A stretch of 64,000 bases of DNA from Candidatus Latescibacterota bacterium (GCA_965219995.1 CBDCOX010000002.1:320001-384000); one strand, 5' to 3'. Numbered from the stretch's first letter, positions 8,249-22,633 are shown. Notes: generated by a model not told the origin, from the letters alone. Numbers and translations are program-made.

Positions 8249-11200
8249 GTGATCATCTTGGCGAAAAATGGACTTATAGACAGGAAGTCTTACGGAAAAA
8301 TCGCTTCAGCCATCGAAATGCCGAATCTTCTGGACATCCAGATAGATTCCTACAATTGGTTCTTGCAGAAGGACGTACCGCCTGGTGAACGTGGAAAACA
8401 GGGCCTCCAGGCGGTTTTCCATAGTATCTTTCCGATCAGCGACGTCCACAGGCTTTTTTCACTCGAGTTCGTCGACTATTCCATTGGCACACCCAAGTAC
8501 GACGTGGGTGAATGCCTGGAGCGGGGAACAACCTACGCGGTTCCGTTGCGAGCCACGTTAAGGCTGATTTCCCGCGAAAAGCAGGACAACAAGGAGTTCC
8601 GGATCAAGGATATCGTGGAGCAGACGGTATTCCTGGGCGAACTGCCGCTGATGACGGACGAAGGCACGTTTATCGTCAATGGTTCAGAGCGGGTGATCGT
8701 AAGCCAGTTGCACAGGTCTCCCGGCGTCTTTTTCGATGAAACCATTCACCCCAACGGAAAGCGGCTCTATTCCGCGCGGATCATACCGTACAAGGGCGCC
8801 TGGCTGGAGTTCAGCCTGGATATCAACGATATCATGTACGTGCATATAGACAGGAAGCGGAAGTTGCCGTTTACCACGTTTCTGCGCGCCCTGGGTTTCA
8901 GCCGGAACGAAGAGATTCTAAGCCTGTTTCACGAGAACACGACAGCGAAGGTCGACGAAGACATGGTCGGCGCCGTCGCGATGGAGGACGTGGTCGACAG
9001 GGAAACCGGCGAAGTCATCGTTGAGTCCCGCCAGACGATAACGGAAGAACACTTGCAGGCGCTGACGGACGCAAAGATCGACCGCCTGACCGTACTCGAC
9101 GTGAATGCCGATAACGATGGCGGCGTGATTGCCAATACCCTTCAGAAAGATCCTTGCGACAACGAAGAAGAGGCCCTCTCACGAATCTACAACCTGCTGC
9201 GACCGGGCGATCCGCCGAATCTGGAGACGGCGCGCGGTCTGCTTGAGCGACAGTTCTTCAGCCCCAAGCGCTATCAGTTGGGCGAAGTCGGGCGTTATCG
9301 TCTGAATCAGCGGCTGAATCTCAACATTCCGCTGGAATTCACCACCCTGTGCATTGAGGATTTTCACAGGGTCATCCAATACCTGCTGGTCCTGTTCAAG
9401 GGCGAAGGCTATACGGACGACATCGACCATCTCGGCAATCGGCGCATCCGGACCGTGGGCGAGCTCCTGTCATACCATTTTTCAACCGGCCTTGTACGCA
9501 TGGCCAGAACGATCAGAGAGCGGATGAGTCTCAGGGATACGGAGCAGATTACACCGCAGGATCTGGTCAATGCGAGGACCGTGTCGACCGTGGTTCAGGC
9601 GTTCTTCGGCAGCAGCCAGCTTTCCCAGTTCCTTCAACAGACCAATCCCCTGGACGAGTTGTCGCACAAGCGGCGGCTGTCCGCGCTGGGTCCCGGCGGA
9701 CTGACGCGCGACAGGGCCGGCTTTGAGGTACGTGACGTTCACCATACCCACTACGGGCGGATTTGCCCCATCGAAACGCCGGAAGGTCCCAATATCGGCC
9801 TTATCGCAAACATCTCCACGTACGCCAAGATCAACGCCCTCGGATTTCTTGAAACGCCGTACCGGGTTGTAAAAGACGGAAGGGTGACATCGGAGATCAG
9901 GTATTTGTCCGCGGACGAGGAAGACAAACACACCATCGCCCAGGCCAATGCAATGCTCGACACTGACGGGCGATTCCAGGATTCCGCGGTGCAGGCCCGC
10001 CGGCGAGGCGACTTTCCCCTCGTCGCGCCTACGGAAGTCGATTATATGGACGTCTCACCGTGCCAGCTGGTCAGTACGGCTGCGTCCCTGATTCCGTTTC
10101 TGGAGCACGACGATGCCAACCGCGCCCTGATGGGCTCGAATATGCAACGACAGGCTGTGCCGCTGCTCCGGACAGAAGCGCCGTTCGTAGGTACCGGAAT
10201 GGAACACGCGGTCGCCGTGGATTCCAAGGCGGTCGTAACGGCGAAGAGCCCGGGAACGGTCACCTACGTGAGTGCGGACAAGATCGTGGTGAAGCGTCGA
10301 AAGGGCCCCAGCCTCGAATTGATCGATTTGTTCGACGACGATATTTACAGCCTTATCAAATTCAAACGGTCGAACCAGGATTTCTGCATCAGCCAGAAGC
10401 CGCTCGTGAGGGTCGGCGACAAGGTTAAAGCCGGCGATCTCCTGGCGGACGGCTGCGCCACGGACCGGGGGGACCTTGCCCTCGGAGCAAACGTGTTGTG
10501 CGCGTTCATGTCCTGGAACGGGTACAATTTCGAAGATGCGATCATCGTTTCCGAGCGGCTGTTGAAGAAAGACATATTTACGTCGATATCCATTGAGGAA
10601 TTCGAGCTCCAGGTGCGTGACACCAAGCGGGGTGTGGAGGAGATAACGAGGGAGATTCCGAACGTCAGCGAACAGGCGGTGCGCAACCTGGATGAGCAGG
10701 GCATCGTCCGGTCCGGCGCCGAGGTGACGTCCGGCGATATTCTCGTCGGTAAAGTCACTCCCAAGGGAGAAACCGAACTGTCTCCCGAAGAACGCCTTTT
10801 GCGCGCAATTTTCGGAGAGAAAGCGGGAGACGTCAGAGATGCGTCCTTAAAGGCGCCGTCCGGAATGGACGGGGTTGTCATGGACCGGAAGGTTTTTTCG
10901 CGAAAAGACCGGGAAAAGACCCGCAAGGCAGATAAGGAGAAGACAGCCACCGTCAAGACACGGATCCAGGAGAAAGTCAAAGCGATAAAGTCCAGCAGGG
11001 ACGAACAGGTGGCGGAGCAGCTGCGGGGCAGAAAGCTGAAACTGTTGCGGAATACCGAAGACGGCTCCGTCGCGGCCCGTTCCGGAAGGGCATTCGATGA
11101 GAAGCTGGCCCAGAAGCTCGACCTGGATGTCGTTCGGCCGGACGACGCATGGGTCGACGATGCCGACGTCGACCGGAAGGTCGCCCGCATCATCGAACTG

Positions 11201-12025
11201 GCGGAGAAGCTGATCCGTGCCGCGGAAGACGAACTGGAGCGGGAGCTGGAAAAAATCGCACGGGGCGATGAGCTTCCTCCGGGAATCGTCCAGCTCGTCA
11301 AAGTGTACATCGCCCGAAAGCGCAAGCTGATGGTCGGCGACAAGATGGCCGGACGCCATGGCAACAAGGGTGTCGTTTCGATCATCGTACCGGAAGAGGA
11401 TATGCCTTATCTTCCCGATGGCACCCCGATCGACATTATCCTTAACCCGCTGGGTGTGCCGTCACGCATGAATCTGGGGCAGATTCTCGAGACCCATCTC
11501 GGATGGGCCGCACAGGCGCTGGACCTTCACGTCGCCACGCCCGTTTTCGACGGCGCTACGCTCGAGGACATCAAGTCGGCGTTGGGCAAGGCCCGGTTGC
11601 CGGAAACCGGAAAAACCGTGTTGTACGACGGCAAGACGGGAAAGCCCTTCGACAAAGAGGTCATGGTCGGTTTCATCTATATGTTGAAACTGTCACACCT
11701 GGTCAGCGACAAGATCCATGCCCGTTCCATCGGACCCTATTCGCTGGTGACGCAACAGCCCCTTGGCGGAAAGGCGCAATTCGGCGGCCAGCGGTTCGGC
11801 GAAATGGAGGTCTGGGCGCTCGAGGCGTACGGCGCCGCATATATGCTGCAGGAGATGCTGACCGTCAAGTCCGATGACGTTGCAGGACGTTCAAAGATCT
11901 ACGAAGCGATCGTAAAGGGCGAAAATCCGCCTGAACCGGGGGTTCCGGAATCCTTCAACGTATTGGTGAAGGAATTGCAGAGCCTGTGTCTGGACGTGGT
12001 TCTGGAGAACGGCCAGGGCGGGTGA
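8249..12025 (+). CDS. rpoB: RNA polymerase beta subunit
   Basis: [45 protein letters not shown]; start GTG 8249 or TTG 8258. Confidence 0.99.
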   Translation: MIILAKNGLIDRKSYGKIASAIEMPNLLDIQIDSYNWFLQKDVPPGERGKQGLQAVFHSIFPISDVHRLFSLEFVDYSIGTPKYDVGECLERGTTYAVPLRATLRLISREKQDNKEFRIKDIVEQTVFLGELPLMTDEGTFIVNGSERVIVSQLHRSPGVFFDETIHPNGKRLYSARIIPYKGAWLEFSLDINDIMYVHIDRKRKLPFTTFLRALGFSRNEEILSLFHENTTAKVDEDMVGAVAMEDVVDRETGEVIVESRQTITEEHLQALTDAKIDRLTVLDVNADNDGGVIANTLQKDPCDNEEEALSRIYNLLRPGDPPNLETARGLLERQFFSPKRYQLGEVGRYRLNQRLNLNIPLEFTTLCIEDFHRVIQYLLVLFKGEGYTDDIDHLGNRRIRTVGELLSYHFSTGLVRMARTIRERMSLRDTEQITPQDLVNARTVSTVVQAFFGSSQLSQFLQQTNPLDELSHKRRLSALGPGGLTRDRAGFEVRDVHHTHYGRICPIETPEGPNIGLIANISTYAKINALGFLETPYRVVKDGRVTSEIRYLSADEEDKHTIAQANAMLDTDGRFQDSAVQARRRGDFPLVAPTEVDYMDVSPCQLVSTAASLIPFLEHDDANRALMGSNMQRQAVPLLRTEAPFVGTGMEHAVAVDSKAVVTAKSPGTVTYVSADKIVVKRRKGPSLELIDLFDDDIYSLIKFKRSNQDFCISQKPLVRVGDKVKAGDLLADGCATDRGDLALGANVLCAFMSWNGYNFEDAIIVSERLLKKDIFTSISIEEFELQVRDTKRGVEEITREIPNVSEQAVRNLDEQGIVRSGAEVTSGDILVGKVTPKGETELSPEERLLRAIFGEKAGDVRDASLKAPSGMDGVVMDRKVFSRKDREKTRKADKEKTATVKTRIQEKVKAIKSSRDEQVAEQLRGRKLKLLRNTEDGSVAARSGRAFDEKLAQKLDLDVVRPDDAWVDDADVDRKVARIIELAEKLIRAAEDELERELEKIARGDELPPGIVQLVKVYIARKRKLMVGDKMAGRHGNKGVVSIIVPEEDMPYLPDGTPIDIILNPLGVPSRMNLGQILETHLGWAAQALDLHVATPVFDGATLEDIKSALGKARLPETGKTVLYDGKTGKPFDKEVMVGFIYMLKLSHLVSDKIHARSIGPYSLVTQQPLGGKAQFGGQRFGEMEVWALEAYGAAYMLQEMLTVKSDDVAGRSKIYEAIVKGENPPEPGVPESFNVLVKELQSLCLDVVLENGQGG

Positions 12026-12083
12026 ATTCTTCTAGCTGGGGCATCTTTTTTAGAATTTCGATCGCAAAAAGGGGGTAAGGCCC

Positions 12084-15000
12084 GTGGCGGACATCAACAC
12101 TTCCAAGCGGCCCACAGAGTTCAATTCGATCCGTATTCAACTGGCTTCTCCGGAGACGATCCGGGGCTGGTCCCGCGGTGAGGTGACCAAGCCGGAAACC
12201 ATCAATTACCGCTCGTTCAAGCCGGAACGCGACGGTCTCTTCTGCGAACGCATCTTCGGTCCGGTTAAAGATTGGGAATGCAGCTGCGGCAAATACAAGA
12301 GGATTCGTTACCGGGGCGTGGTCTGCGACCGGTGCGGCGTTGAAGTCACCCAGTCCAAGGTGCGACGCGAGCGTCTGGGCCATATCGAACTCGCGGTGCC
12401 GGTTACGCATATCTGGTTCTTCAAGTCGCTTCCTTCCCGCATGGGTTATCTGCTGGACATCACCATTCGCAACCTTGAACGGATCATCTATTACGAGTCA
12501 TACGTTGTATTGGATCCGGGAGACGCGCCCGATCTGAAGTATAAGGACCTTCTCTCCGAAGACGAGGCATTTGAACTTGAAGCGAAGGGGTACAACTTTA
12601 CTGCGGACATGGGCGCGGTCGCGCTCAGAAAGCTGCTCAGCGAAATAGACGTTGAGGAACTTTCGGCCGAGTTGCGCACCCAGGCGCGCATGGAAACCTC
12701 GGTTCAGCGTAAGCAGGAGGCATTGAAACGGCTCAAGGTGGTCGAGGCGTTTCGACAGTCCGACAATCATCCGTCATGGATGATCCTGGACGTCATCCCC
12801 GTGATTCCACCGGACCTTCGGCCGCTGGTTCCTCTGGAGGGCGGAAGGTTTGCCACGTCGGATCTGAACGATCTCTATCGGAGAGTCATCAACCGGAACA
12901 ACAGGTTGAAGAAACTGATCGAAATCAAGGCGCCGGAAGTTATCCTCCGTAACGAGAAACGCATGCTTCAGGAGGCTGTCGACGCGCTCTTCGACAATGG
13001 CCGCAGGTCTCGCGCGGTGCGCGGCGACGGCAATCGTTCCCTGAAGTCGCTCTCCGATCTGCTCAAGGGAAAACAGGGCCGCTTCCGCCAGAATCTGCTC
13101 GGCAAGCGGGTCGATTATTCCGGCCGGTCGGTAATCGTCGTCGACCCCAATCTCAGGCTGCATCAATGCGGGCTTCCAAAGCACATGGCGCTTGAACTGT
13201 TCAAGCCGTTTATCATCAAAAAGCTGGAAGAGCGTGGATTGGTCCAGACCGTGAAAAGCGCGAAAAAGCTGGTCGAGCGCGAACGGGTCGAGGTATGGGA
13301 CATTCTCGAAGACATCATTCAGGATCACTACGTCCTGCTGAACCGTGCGCCCACGCTGCATCGGCTGGGCATCCAGGCGTTCCAGCCCGTGCTTGTGGAA
13401 GGAAAGGCGATTCGAATTCATCCTCTGGTGTGCGCGGCGTTCAATGCGGACTTCGACGGAGACCAGATGGCCGTCCACGTGCCCCTGTCTTTCGAGGCGC
13501 AGATCGAAGCCCGAATCCTGATCATGTCCGCGAACAATATGCTCAAGCCGGCAGACGGATCGGCGGTGATCGTACACAACCCGCAGGACATCGCCATGGG
13601 CTGCTATTATCTGACCAAAATCGTCCAGCAGCCCGACGGGAAGCAGCTCAAGGCGTTCGGCAGCCCCAACGAAGCGTTGATTGCGCACGATTACGGCAAG
13701 ATTGACCTGCACGAAGCCATTCGTGTCCGGGTCGACGGCGAGCTGTTGACGACGACCGTAGGCCAGGTGATTTTCAATGAGATCCTGCCCGACGGAATGC
13801 CCTTTATCAATCAGATGGTTGACAAGCCGGTAATACAGAAGGTTACCACGGACGTCCATCGGCGATTCGGCAATCGGGCGACCGTGGAATTCGCCGACGG
13901 CCTGAAGCGCCTGGGTTACGACTACGCCACCCAGTCCGGCGTGACGGTCTCGATGGACGACGTCGTGGTTCCGCCCAGGAAACAGGAACTCATCGACAGG
14001 GCCAAGGGTGAGGTCGATCGAATCCAGCAACAGCACGGCCACGGCGTCATCACGGAGGGCGAGCGATACAACAAGGTCATCGACGTCTGGCAGCACACCA
14101 CGAACAATATCGCCGAAATGATGAACGAGGCCCTGGAGCATTCCGAGGCGGGTTTCAACTCCATCTACATCATGAAAGACTCCGGCGCTCGCGGCAGCGA
14201 CGATCAGGTGAAACAGCTGGGCGGCATGCGCGGGCTGATGAACAAACCCCAGAAGAAGCTCACCGGAGCGATCGGTGAAATCATCGAGACGCCCATCGTT
14301 GCCTCCTTTAAAGAGGGTCTCTCGGTACTGGAGTACTTCATATCCACGCACGGGGCAAGAAAGGGGCTGGCCGATACGGCGCTGAAAACCGCCGAGGCAG
14401 GGTACCTTACCCGCCGTATGGTGGACGTGGCGCAGGACGGCGTGATCAACGAAGGCGACTGCGGCACCATCATGGGCATTGAACTCGAAGCGCTCAAAGA
14501 GGGCGAGGAGGTGGTCGAGCCCCTGGCGGATCGCATCGTCGGCCGAACCCTGCTGGAAGATGTTTACGATCCCATCGGAGGCGAGATCATCGTGGAAAGC
14601 GGTAAGCTGCTCGACGAGGCAACCGCCGCCAGAATCGCCGATGCGGGTGTGGAACGGGTGAATGTACGGTCGGTACTGACGTGCGAGGCCCGGCGGGGCA
14701 TCTGCGCCAAGTGCTATGGTCGTAATCTCGCCACCGGGAGGCTCGTCGATATCGGCGAGGCCGTCGGAGTGATTGCCGCACAGAGCGTCGGCGAGCCCGG
14801 CACCCAGCTCACGCTCCGTACATTCCATATCGGCGGCACGTCCAGCCGAATCGCAGAGCAGGCCGAAATCGTGGCGAAGCGGGCCGGCGTGGTGCGGTTC
14901 ATCAACATCGACTGCGTGACCCGAAGCGATGGGCAGCGCATTGCGGTCGGCAGGAATGGCGAGTTCGAGGTTCAGGACGATCAGGGACGTCCCCGGGGCG

Positions 15001-16172
15001 GCCACTATTATGTGCCCTACGGCGCCGTGTTGAAAGTCGAGCACGAGCAGGTGGTGGACGAAAGCCAGGTCCTTTACGAATGGGATCCCTACAACAATAT
15101 TATCGTCTCCAACCGGCCCGGCACCGTCGAATTCGTCGATCTTGTGGAAGGGGTAACCTACCGCGAAGAGGCCGATGAGACCACGGGTCTGGCGGCACAG
15201 GTGGTCACCGAGCACCGCGACCGTACGCTCTCCCCGCGGATTCGCATTGTGGATGCCGCGGGCAATGAGGTCGGCCACTACATTATTCCCGTAGGCGCTC
15301 GTCTCGTTGTACACGACGAGGACCGGATCGGCGCCGGCGATACCCTGGCGAAGATTCCGCGCGAACGCAGCAAGACGCGGGACATCACCGGCGGGCTGCC
15401 CCGCGTTGCGGAACTCTTCGAGGCGAGGCGACCCAAGGATCCCGCCGTGGTCACGGAGATCGACGGTACCGTCAGTTTCGGCGGACTCGTACGGGGTTCC
15501 AGGACCGTAATTGTCACGTCTGACGACGGCGAAGAGCGGAAATATACGATTCCCTATGGTAAACACCTCCGGGTTCAGGAGAACGACCGGGTGCAGGCCG
15601 GCGAACAGCTTTCCGAAGGGTCGGTGAATCCGCACGACATACTGCAGATCCAGGGCATTCAGGCGGTGCAGGAGTATCTGGTGAACGAGATCCAGGCCGT
15701 GTATCGCATGCAGGGCGTCCGGATCAACGACAAGCATATCGAGTGCATTGTCCGCCAGATGCTGCAAAAGGTTCAGGTTACGGATCCGGGCGATACGAAT
15801 TTCCTGGAAGGAGAAACCGTAGACCGCTTCCGCTTCCGCGACGAAAACGACAAGGTGATTGCCGAAGGCGGCGATCCGGCAACGTTCCACCCGGTGTTGC
15901 TGGGCATTACAAGGGCCTCGCTGATGACCGACAGCTTTATTTCCGCCGCGTCGTTCCAGGAGACCACGCGCGTCTTGACGGAGGCATCCGTCCAGGGCAA
16001 GATGGACGGCCTGCTCGGATTGAAGGAAAACGTCATCATAGGTCACCTGATTCCGGCCGGTACCGGTTCGGAACGGTATCGCGAGGTCCAGGCGGTGTCT
16101 CTGGAGAAGGATGCCGAGGAGGTACCCGACGAAGGTCTCGAAAACGTCGGCCTTCCGCCGATAAATGCTTGA
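12084..16172 (+). CDS. rpoC: RNA polymerase beta' subunit
   Basis: [12 protein letters not shown] catalytic motif; N-terminal Zn finger. Confidence 0.99.
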   Translation: MADINTSKRPTEFNSIRIQLASPETIRGWSRGEVTKPETINYRSFKPERDGLFCERIFGPVKDWECSCGKYKRIRYRGVVCDRCGVEVTQSKVRRERLGHIELAVPVTHIWFFKSLPSRMGYLLDITIRNLERIIYYESYVVLDPGDAPDLKYKDLLSEDEAFELEAKGYNFTADMGAVALRKLLSEIDVEELSAELRTQARMETSVQRKQEALKRLKVVEAFRQSDNHPSWMILDVIPVIPPDLRPLVPLEGGRFATSDLNDLYRRVINRNNRLKKLIEIKAPEVILRNEKRMLQEAVDALFDNGRRSRAVRGDGNRSLKSLSDLLKGKQGRFRQNLLGKRVDYSGRSVIVVDPNLRLHQCGLPKHMALELFKPFIIKKLEERGLVQTVKSAKKLVERERVEVWDILEDIIQDHYVLLNRAPTLHRLGIQAFQPVLVEGKAIRIHPLVCAAFNADFDGDQMAVHVPLSFEAQIEARILIMSANNMLKPADGSAVIVHNPQDIAMGCYYLTKIVQQPDGKQLKAFGSPNEALIAHDYGKIDLHEAIRVRVDGELLTTTVGQVIFNEILPDGMPFINQMVDKPVIQKVTTDVHRRFGNRATVEFADGLKRLGYDYATQSGVTVSMDDVVVPPRKQELIDRAKGEVDRIQQQHGHGVITEGERYNKVIDVWQHTTNNIAEMMNEALEHSEAGFNSIYIMKDSGARGSDDQVKQLGGMRGLMNKPQKKLTGAIGEIIETPIVASFKEGLSVLEYFISTHGARKGLADTALKTAEAGYLTRRMVDVAQDGVINEGDCGTIMGIELEALKEGEEVVEPLADRIVGRTLLEDVYDPIGGEIIVESGKLLDEATAARIADAGVERVNVRSVLTCEARRGICAKCYGRNLATGRLVDIGEAVGVIAAQSVGEPGTQLTLRTFHIGGTSSRIAEQAEIVAKRAGVVRFINIDCVTRSDGQRIAVGRNGEFEVQDDQGRPRGGHYYVPYGAVLKVEHEQVVDESQVLYEWDPYNNIIVSNRPGTVEFVDLVEGVTYREEADETTGLAAQVVTEHRDRTLSPRIRIVDAAGNEVGHYIIPVGARLVVHDEDRIGAGDTLAKIPRERSKTRDITGGLPRVAELFEARRPKDPAVVTEIDGTVSFGGLVRGSRTVIVTSDDGEERKYTIPYGKHLRVQENDRVQAGEQLSEGSVNPHDILQIQGIQAVQEYLVNEIQAVYRMQGVRINDKHIECIVRQMLQKVQVTDPGDTNFLEGETVDRFRFRDENDKVIAEGGDPATFHPVLLGITRASLMTDSFISAASFQETTRVLTEASVQGKMDGLLGLKENVIIGHLIPAGTGSERYREVQAVSLEKDAEEVPDEGLENVGLPPINA

Positions 16173-16197
16173 CAAGCAGGCTTCAAATTGTTATAAT
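16169..16197 (+). promoter_or_regulatory. consensus sigma70 promoter of the str operon
   Basis: TTGACA-N17-TATAAT with extended TGn; the -35 contains the rpoC TGA stop. Confidence 0.85.
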
Positions 16198-16276
16198 GCA
16201 AGTCTATGGCCGAATTTAGCCGTTAACGGCAAAGTCGACCGCGTCGGTCCGGATGTGAACCATACAGGAGGTTGTT

Positions 16277-16648
16277 TTGCCCACCATCAACCAGCTGGTG
16301 CGCAAAGGTCGCAAGTTAAAGGCGAAGCGGTCGTCCGCCCCGGCATTGCGGGGATGTCCGCAGAAGCGGGGCGTCTGTACGCGGGTGTATACCACAACCC
16401 CCAAGAAACCGAACTCAGCTCTGCGTAAGGTTGCCCGCGTCCGCCTGACGAACGGGATGGAGGTCACAGCCTATATCCCTGGCGAAGGCCATAACCTCCA
16501 GGAACACTCAGTTGTGCTCATTCGGGGAGGGCGGGTACGGGATCTGCCGTCGGTTCGTTACCACATTATCCGCGGCGTTCTGGACACGACCGGTGTCTCC
16601 GACCGAAAACAGAGTCGGTCCAAATACGGTGCCAAGACACCTCAATAG
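16277..16648 (+). CDS. rpsL: 30S ribosomal protein S12
   Basis: [20 protein letters not shown]; TTG start with AGGAGG SD. Confidence 0.98.
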   Translation: MPTINQLVRKGRKLKAKRSSAPALRGCPQKRGVCTRVYTTTPKKPNSALRKVARVRLTNGMEVTAYIPGEGHNLQEHSVVLIRGGRVRDLPSVRYHIIRGVLDTTGVSDRKQSRSKYGAKTPQ

Positions 16649-16735
16649 GACTTGCGGGTTTATGTAAGGGTTTGTTTCGGGGGATAACGCTGGAGTCGGC
16701 AGTAAACGGTGTGTCCCCCTTGTTTTGAGGGCGTT

Positions 16736-17203
16736 ATGAGAAAGAGGCGGGCCGAGAAAAGAGCGCTTTCGCCCGATCCCAAGTACGGCAGCGTTCTGGT
16801 GACGCAGTTCGTAAACAGCCTGTTTCGAAAGGGCAAGAAAAGCATCGGCGAGAAGATACTGTATCGAGCGCTGGACCTGATCGCCGAGCGTACGGACAAG
16901 ACGGGGCTGGAAGTGTTCGAGCAGGCGGTTGAAAACGCCAAGCCGATCATCCAGGTAAAATCCCGGCGTGTGGGCGGCACGACCTACCAGGTGCCGGTCG
17001 AAGTAAGGTCGGATGAGCGGCTTTCTCTATCGATCGGCTGGCTGATTACGTTCGCGCGCGGGCGCGGCGAGAAAACCATGTCACAAAGACTCGCCGGTGA
17101 GTTGATGGACGCGGCAAGCGGCCGCGGACGGGCGATGCAGCGAAGAGAAGAGACACACCGCATGGCCGAGGCAAACCGGGCGTTCGCACACTATCGTTGG
17201 TAA
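16736..17203 (+). CDS. rpsG: 30S ribosomal protein S7
   Basis: [26 protein letters not shown]. Confidence 0.97.
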   Translation: MRKRRAEKRALSPDPKYGSVLVTQFVNSLFRKGKKSIGEKILYRALDLIAERTDKTGLEVFEQAVENAKPIIQVKSRRVGGTTYQVPVEVRSDERLSLSIGWLITFARGRGEKTMSQRLAGELMDAASGRGRAMQRREETHRMAEANRAFAHYRW

Positions 17204-17208
17204 CGGAA

Positions 17209-19278
17209 ATGTCACGCAGAGAACAACTGGAACGGATTCGCAACATCGGCATCATGGCGCACATCGATGCGGGTAAGACCACAACGAGCGAGCGGATTCT
17301 GTACTATACGGGTCGGCTGCATCGCATGGGTGAGGTGCACGACGGCGCGGCGACAATGGACTGGATGGACCAGGAACGGGAACGGGGAATCACCATCACG
17401 TCGGCTGCCACCACCTGTTTCTGGGACGGACACCGGATCAACATCATCGATACGCCCGGACACGTGGATTTTACGGCCGAGGTAGAACGGTCACTTCGGG
17501 TTCTGGACGGGGTTATCGGGATTTTCTGTGCCGTCGGCGGCGTGGAACCGCAGTCGGAAACCGTCTGGCGGCAGGCCGATAAGTACAGGGTGCCCCGGAT
17601 TGCCTTCGTCAACAAGATGGACAGGACGGGCGCCGACTTCTTCCGCGTACTTGAAATGATGAGGGAACGGCTGGCTTCGAATTTCGTGCCGGTGCAGATT
17701 CCCGTGGGCGCGGGGGAGTTATTCACGGGGTTGATCGATCTGGTGAAGATGAAAATGGTTTCCTATCAGGAAGACACGCTGGGCACGGTCTTTACCGAAA
17801 GCGAAATTCCTCACGACCTGATGGATCGTGCGCAGACCTATCGCGAGCAGATGCTGGAGGCGGTCTCCGATTTCGACGACACGCTGATGGAGAAATTCCT
17901 CGAAGGCGAGCACATCGCCGAAGAAGAAATCAGACAGGCGCTTCGTCTGGCAGCCATCAACGTTCACGCCGTGCCCGTCTTCTGCGGGTCGGCTTTCAAG
18001 AACAAGGGGGTCCAGCGGCTGCTCGACGGCGTTCTGGACTATCTCCCGTCGCCGCTCGACGTCCCGGCTGTAAAAGGGTTCGATCCGGACTCGGGGGCAG
18101 AGGTTACCCGGGCGCCGTCCCATGACGAACCGTTTTCAGCGCTTGCGTTCAAAGTGAAGACCGATCCTTATGTGGGGCATCTGACCTATTTCAGGGTTTA
18201 TTCGGGTTGTCTCAAAACCGGTTCGTACGTAAGGAATTCCAACAACGGGAAACGGGAGCGAATCGGCCGGGTTCTCCAGATGCATGCCAACAAGCGCGAG
18301 GAAATCGATGAGGTCGTTACCGGAGATATCGCAGCTGCCGTGGGATTGAAGGCGACGGCCACGGGGGAGACGCTCTGTGATATCGATCATCCGGTGATTC
18401 TGGAGTCGATGGACTTCGCGAAACCGGTCGTGTCCGTGGCCATCGAACCCAGGACAAAGGCCGACCAGGATCAGCTTGGGACGGCGCTGGGAAAGCTGTC
18501 CGAAGAGGACCCCACGTTTCATGTCTCCACAGACGAAGATACCGGGCAGACAATCATCTCGGGTATGGGAGAACTGCACCTGGAGATCATCGTCGACCGC
18601 TTGATGCGGGAATTCCGCGTTGCCGCCAATGTAGGCAAACCGCAGGTGACCTTCAAAGAGGCGATTCGCGAGACGGTCAAAGTCGAGGGGCGGTTCGTGC
18701 GGCAGACGGGCGGCAGGGGGCAATGGGGCCACGTATGGCTGGAGATGGGTCCGGGCGAGCCGGGCAGCGGCCTCGTATTCGAGAACAAGGTCGTGGGAGG
18801 GTCCGTTCCGACCGAATATATCCCTGCTGTCAGGCAGGGTGTTCAGGAGGCCATGCAGTCCGGCGTTCTGGCCGGATACCCGGTAGAAGACGTAAAGGTT
18901 GTGCTTTACGACGGATCGTACCACGACGTCGATTCTTCTGAGGTGGCGTTTAAGGTGGCCGCATCCATGGCGTTTAAAAACGGCGCCCGAAAAGCGGATC
19001 CGTACCTGATGGAACCCCTGATGGATGTTGAGGTCGTCGTACCCGAAGAATATATGGGCGATGTCATGGGCGACCTGAATGCCCGGCGCGGACACATCGT
19101 GGGCATTGTGATCCGTCCGGATGCCCAGGTGATCACGGCAATGGTCCCGCTAACCGAGATGTTCGGCTACGCCACGCGACTGCGCTCCCTGACCCAGGGG
19201 CGCGCGATCTATTCGATGGAATTTTCAAGGTTCCAGGAAATTCCCAAAGCGCTTGCGCAGGAACTTACCGACAATTAG
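17209..19278 (+). CDS. fusA: elongation factor G
   Basis: [29 protein letters not shown]. Confidence 0.98.
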   Translation: MSRREQLERIRNIGIMAHIDAGKTTTSERILYYTGRLHRMGEVHDGAATMDWMDQERERGITITSAATTCFWDGHRINIIDTPGHVDFTAEVERSLRVLDGVIGIFCAVGGVEPQSETVWRQADKYRVPRIAFVNKMDRTGADFFRVLEMMRERLASNFVPVQIPVGAGELFTGLIDLVKMKMVSYQEDTLGTVFTESEIPHDLMDRAQTYREQMLEAVSDFDDTLMEKFLEGEHIAEEEIRQALRLAAINVHAVPVFCGSAFKNKGVQRLLDGVLDYLPSPLDVPAVKGFDPDSGAEVTRAPSHDEPFSALAFKVKTDPYVGHLTYFRVYSGCLKTGSYVRNSNNGKRERIGRVLQMHANKREEIDEVVTGDIAAAVGLKATATGETLCDIDHPVILESMDFAKPVVSVAIEPRTKADQDQLGTALGKLSEEDPTFHVSTDEDTGQTIISGMGELHLEIIVDRLMREFRVAANVGKPQVTFKEAIRETVKVEGRFVRQTGGRGQWGHVWLEMGPGEPGSGLVFENKVVGGSVPTEYIPAVRQGVQEAMQSGVLAGYPVEDVKVVLYDGSYHDVDSSEVAFKVAASMAFKNGARKADPYLMEPLMDVEVVVPEEYMGDVMGDLNARRGHIVGIVIRPDAQVITAMVPLTEMFGYATRLRSLTQGRAIYSMEFSRFQEIPKALAQELTDN

Positions 19279-19372
19279 CGATCGGGACGCCCGTTCCACT
19301 TTGACGGCGGGCAACCACAAGAGCCCAACAAAAGGATTTTCGGGACGTTTTTTGCACAGGAGGTAAGGTCAT

Positions 19373-20566
<1,194 letters not shown>

Positions 20567-20569
<3 letters not shown>

Positions 20570-20733
20570 TGTCCTGTCCCAAAAATACCTCACCATTCTT
20601 CCGCCGATTCATCCCGTCTCGCGGCGTTGCCTTCGCTCGACGACCTGGCCAGGTCGCCTGCGCTCCGGCGCCTTGCGAGCCGGGCGACTCGACGGCCGAA
20701 TTTAGGCAACTTATTTCCGGGACAGAACACTAG
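20567..20733. mobile_element. MITE family A, full copy at the tuf stop codon
   Basis: Terminal inverted repeats TAGTGTCCTGTCCCAAAAATA / TATTTCCGGGACAGAACACTA (18 of 21); TA(G) on both flanks; internal palindrome CGACCTGGCCAGGTCG; other copies in window. Confidence 0.8.
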
Positions 20734-20750
20734 GTCCGACGGAGGGGCAG

Positions 20751-21059
20751 GTGCCCGCACAAAAAATACGAATTCGGTTGAAGGCTTACGATCATTTTGC
20801 CCTTGATCGGTCCGTCGACGAGATCGTGCGAACGGCGAAACGGACAGGGGCCCTGATTTCCGGCCCCATTCCATTGCCCACCAAGCGTTCGTTGTACACG
20901 GTCCTTCGAGGCCCGAATATCGACAAGAAATCACGGGAGCAGTTCGAGACCCGTGTACATAAGCGCTTAATCGACATTCACAACTCGACGCCACAGACGG
21001 TGGATGCATTGATGAAACTGGATCTGCCGGCAGGGATCGACATCGAAATCAAGGCGTAG
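20751..21059 (+). CDS. rpsJ: 30S ribosomal protein S10
   Basis: [24 protein letters not shown]. Confidence 0.97.
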   Translation: MPAQKIRIRLKAYDHFALDRSVDEIVRTAKRTGALISGPIPLPTKRSLYTVLRGPNIDKKSREQFETRVHKRLIDIHNSTPQTVDALMKLDLPAGIDIEIKA

Positions 21060-21063
21060 TGAC

Positions 21064-21690
21064 GTGCTGGGATTGATTGGAAAGAAAATCGGAATGACCC
21101 AGGCCTACGACCAGGACGACAACCTGGTCCCCATAACCGTGGTTGAGGCGGGGCCATGTCCGGTTGTACAGGTCAAGGAAGACGGATCGGATGGATACCG
21201 CGCTGTGAAGCTCGGCTTCGGCGCGACTTCAGAGCGGCGCCTTACTCGGCCGCACCTGGGCATTCTCAGGGAATCCGGCGCGGGCCCACACCGCGTCCTG
21301 AAGGAGTTCCGGGTAGCCGACACGTCGGAATTCGAGGTCGGCCAGATTCTCGATTCCGGTATATTCGAGCCCGGAGAAACCGTCTCGGTAACCGGGCGTA
21401 CCAAGGGCAAGGGCTTTCAGGGCGGGGTCAAGAGGCACCATTTCAAGGGCGGTCCGAAAACACACGGGCAATCCGACCGGCATCGGGCACCCGGATCCAT
21501 CGGTCAGAGTTCCGATCCCTCCCGGGTATTCAAGGGGATGCGGATGGCGGGCCATATGGGCCATCGCCGGGAAACCGTGAAAGGGCTGAAGGTTGTCCGG
21601 GTGGACACAGCGCGCAACCTGTTGCTGCTCAAAGGCGCGGTACCCGGCCCCAACGGCGGCATCGTAAAGGTGCAGAAGCAGCGCAATTAA
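21064..21690 (+). CDS. rplC: 50S ribosomal protein L3
   Basis: GKKIGMTQ, KGKGFQG, HRAPGSIG. Confidence 0.97.
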   Translation: MLGLIGKKIGMTQAYDQDDNLVPITVVEAGPCPVVQVKEDGSDGYRAVKLGFGATSERRLTRPHLGILRESGAGPHRVLKEFRVADTSEFEVGQILDSGIFEPGETVSVTGRTKGKGFQGGVKRHHFKGGPKTHGQSDRHRAPGSIGQSSDPSRVFKGMRMAGHMGHRRETVKGLKVVRVDTARNLLLLKGAVPGPNGGIVKVQKQRN

Positions 21691-21707
21691 CGGGAACCAA
21701 TTGGGTT

Positions 21708-22340
21708 ATGGCGTCAGTTGAGGTAACGAACTTCGAGGGTGAGGTCGTGGGATCCGTCGACCTCCCGGAGACGATCTTCGGAATCGATCCGTCCCACCAT
21801 GCCATTTATCACACGGTCAAGATGTATCTGACCAACCAGCGCCAGGGCAACGCCCACGCCAAGACCCGTGCGGAAGTCCGGCGCAGCAAGCGGAAGATGT
21901 ACAGACAAAAAGGCACCGGACGAGCGAGAGCCGGCACCGCGTCGTCCCCGATTCGGGTCGGCGGCGGGGTCGCTCACGGTCCCAGGCCGCGGGAGTTGAA
22001 CGAGCGCGTACCCCGGAAGGTGCGGCGCCTGGCGCTGAAGTCGGCATTTTCGCTGAAGGCTCCGGTCGGGGCCATCAAAGTGGTGGAAGACTTCACGTTC
22101 GACGCGCCCCGGACGAAGCGGATGGCGGGGATGACGCAGGCCATCGAGGTCGACGACCGCAAGGTTCTGCTGCTCACGCCGGAAGCGGCGCCGAATATTC
22201 TGAAGTCATGCCGGAACTTATCCAACGTCCGGGTGGTGCCGGTCGCGCAGGTATCGACATACGACGTTGTCAACGCGGACGCGGTCGTCTTCACCCAGGA
22301 AGCCCTGGGAAGGCTGCAGGCCATCTGGGGGTCGGCATGA
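21708..22340 (+). CDS. rplD: 50S ribosomal protein L4
   Basis: RQKGTGRARAG, GGGVAHGPRPR; ATG 21708. Confidence 0.96.
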   Translation: MASVEVTNFEGEVVGSVDLPETIFGIDPSHHAIYHTVKMYLTNQRQGNAHAKTRAEVRRSKRKMYRQKGTGRARAGTASSPIRVGGGVAHGPRPRELNERVPRKVRRLALKSAFSLKAPVGAIKVVEDFTFDAPRTKRMAGMTQAIEVDDRKVLLLTPEAAPNILKSCRNLSNVRVVPVAQVSTYDVVNADAVVFTQEALGRLQAIWGSA

Positions 22341-22630
22341 AAAAAGACTTCAGAGAGGTCATCCGCAGACCGCTGATCACCGAACGGGCTTCCGAGCTGC
22401 AGGAAGATCACAACAAATTCGTGTTTGAAGTTCGGGTCGATGCCAACAAGCTGGAAATCAAAAGGGCCGCTGAAGCGATGTTCAATGTACGGGTGCTGAA
22501 CGTCAATACGTCTGCCGTATCCGGAAAGCTGAAGAGAATGGGGCGGTTTCAGGGCCGACGCGCCAACTGGAAGAAGGCGATCATCACGCTTGCGGCCGGC
22601 GACGTCATTGACTTTTTCGGAGAATCCTGA
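22337..22630 (+). CDS. rplW: 50S ribosomal protein L23
   Basis: RPLITERA, ANKLEIKRA, WKKAIITL. Confidence 0.96.
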   Translation: MKKDFREVIRRPLITERASELQEDHNKFVFEVRVDANKLEIKRAAEAMFNVRVLNVNTSAVSGKLKRMGRFQGRRANWKKAIITLAAGDVIDFFGES

Positions 22631-22633
22631 TCG

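Noticed and set aside
12774-16175. 1133-aa antisense ORF, and other long antisense ORFs over rpoB, fusA, tuf, purL and ribosomal genes
   Set aside because: Shadow frames caused by GC-rich codon bias of the sense genes; no motifs or SD
16649-16735. S7 autoregulatory structure in the rpsL-rpsG spacer
   Set aside because: A GGGGATA/TGTCCCC pairing exists, but I cannot match it to the known S7 site
21156-21707. Apparent 184-aa N-terminal extension of L4 (likewise for L11, L23, S8, S13, S14, RlmD, BamD, MFS and HAD)
   Set aside because: ORF-caller extension to upstream alternative starts; homology and SD place the true starts downstream
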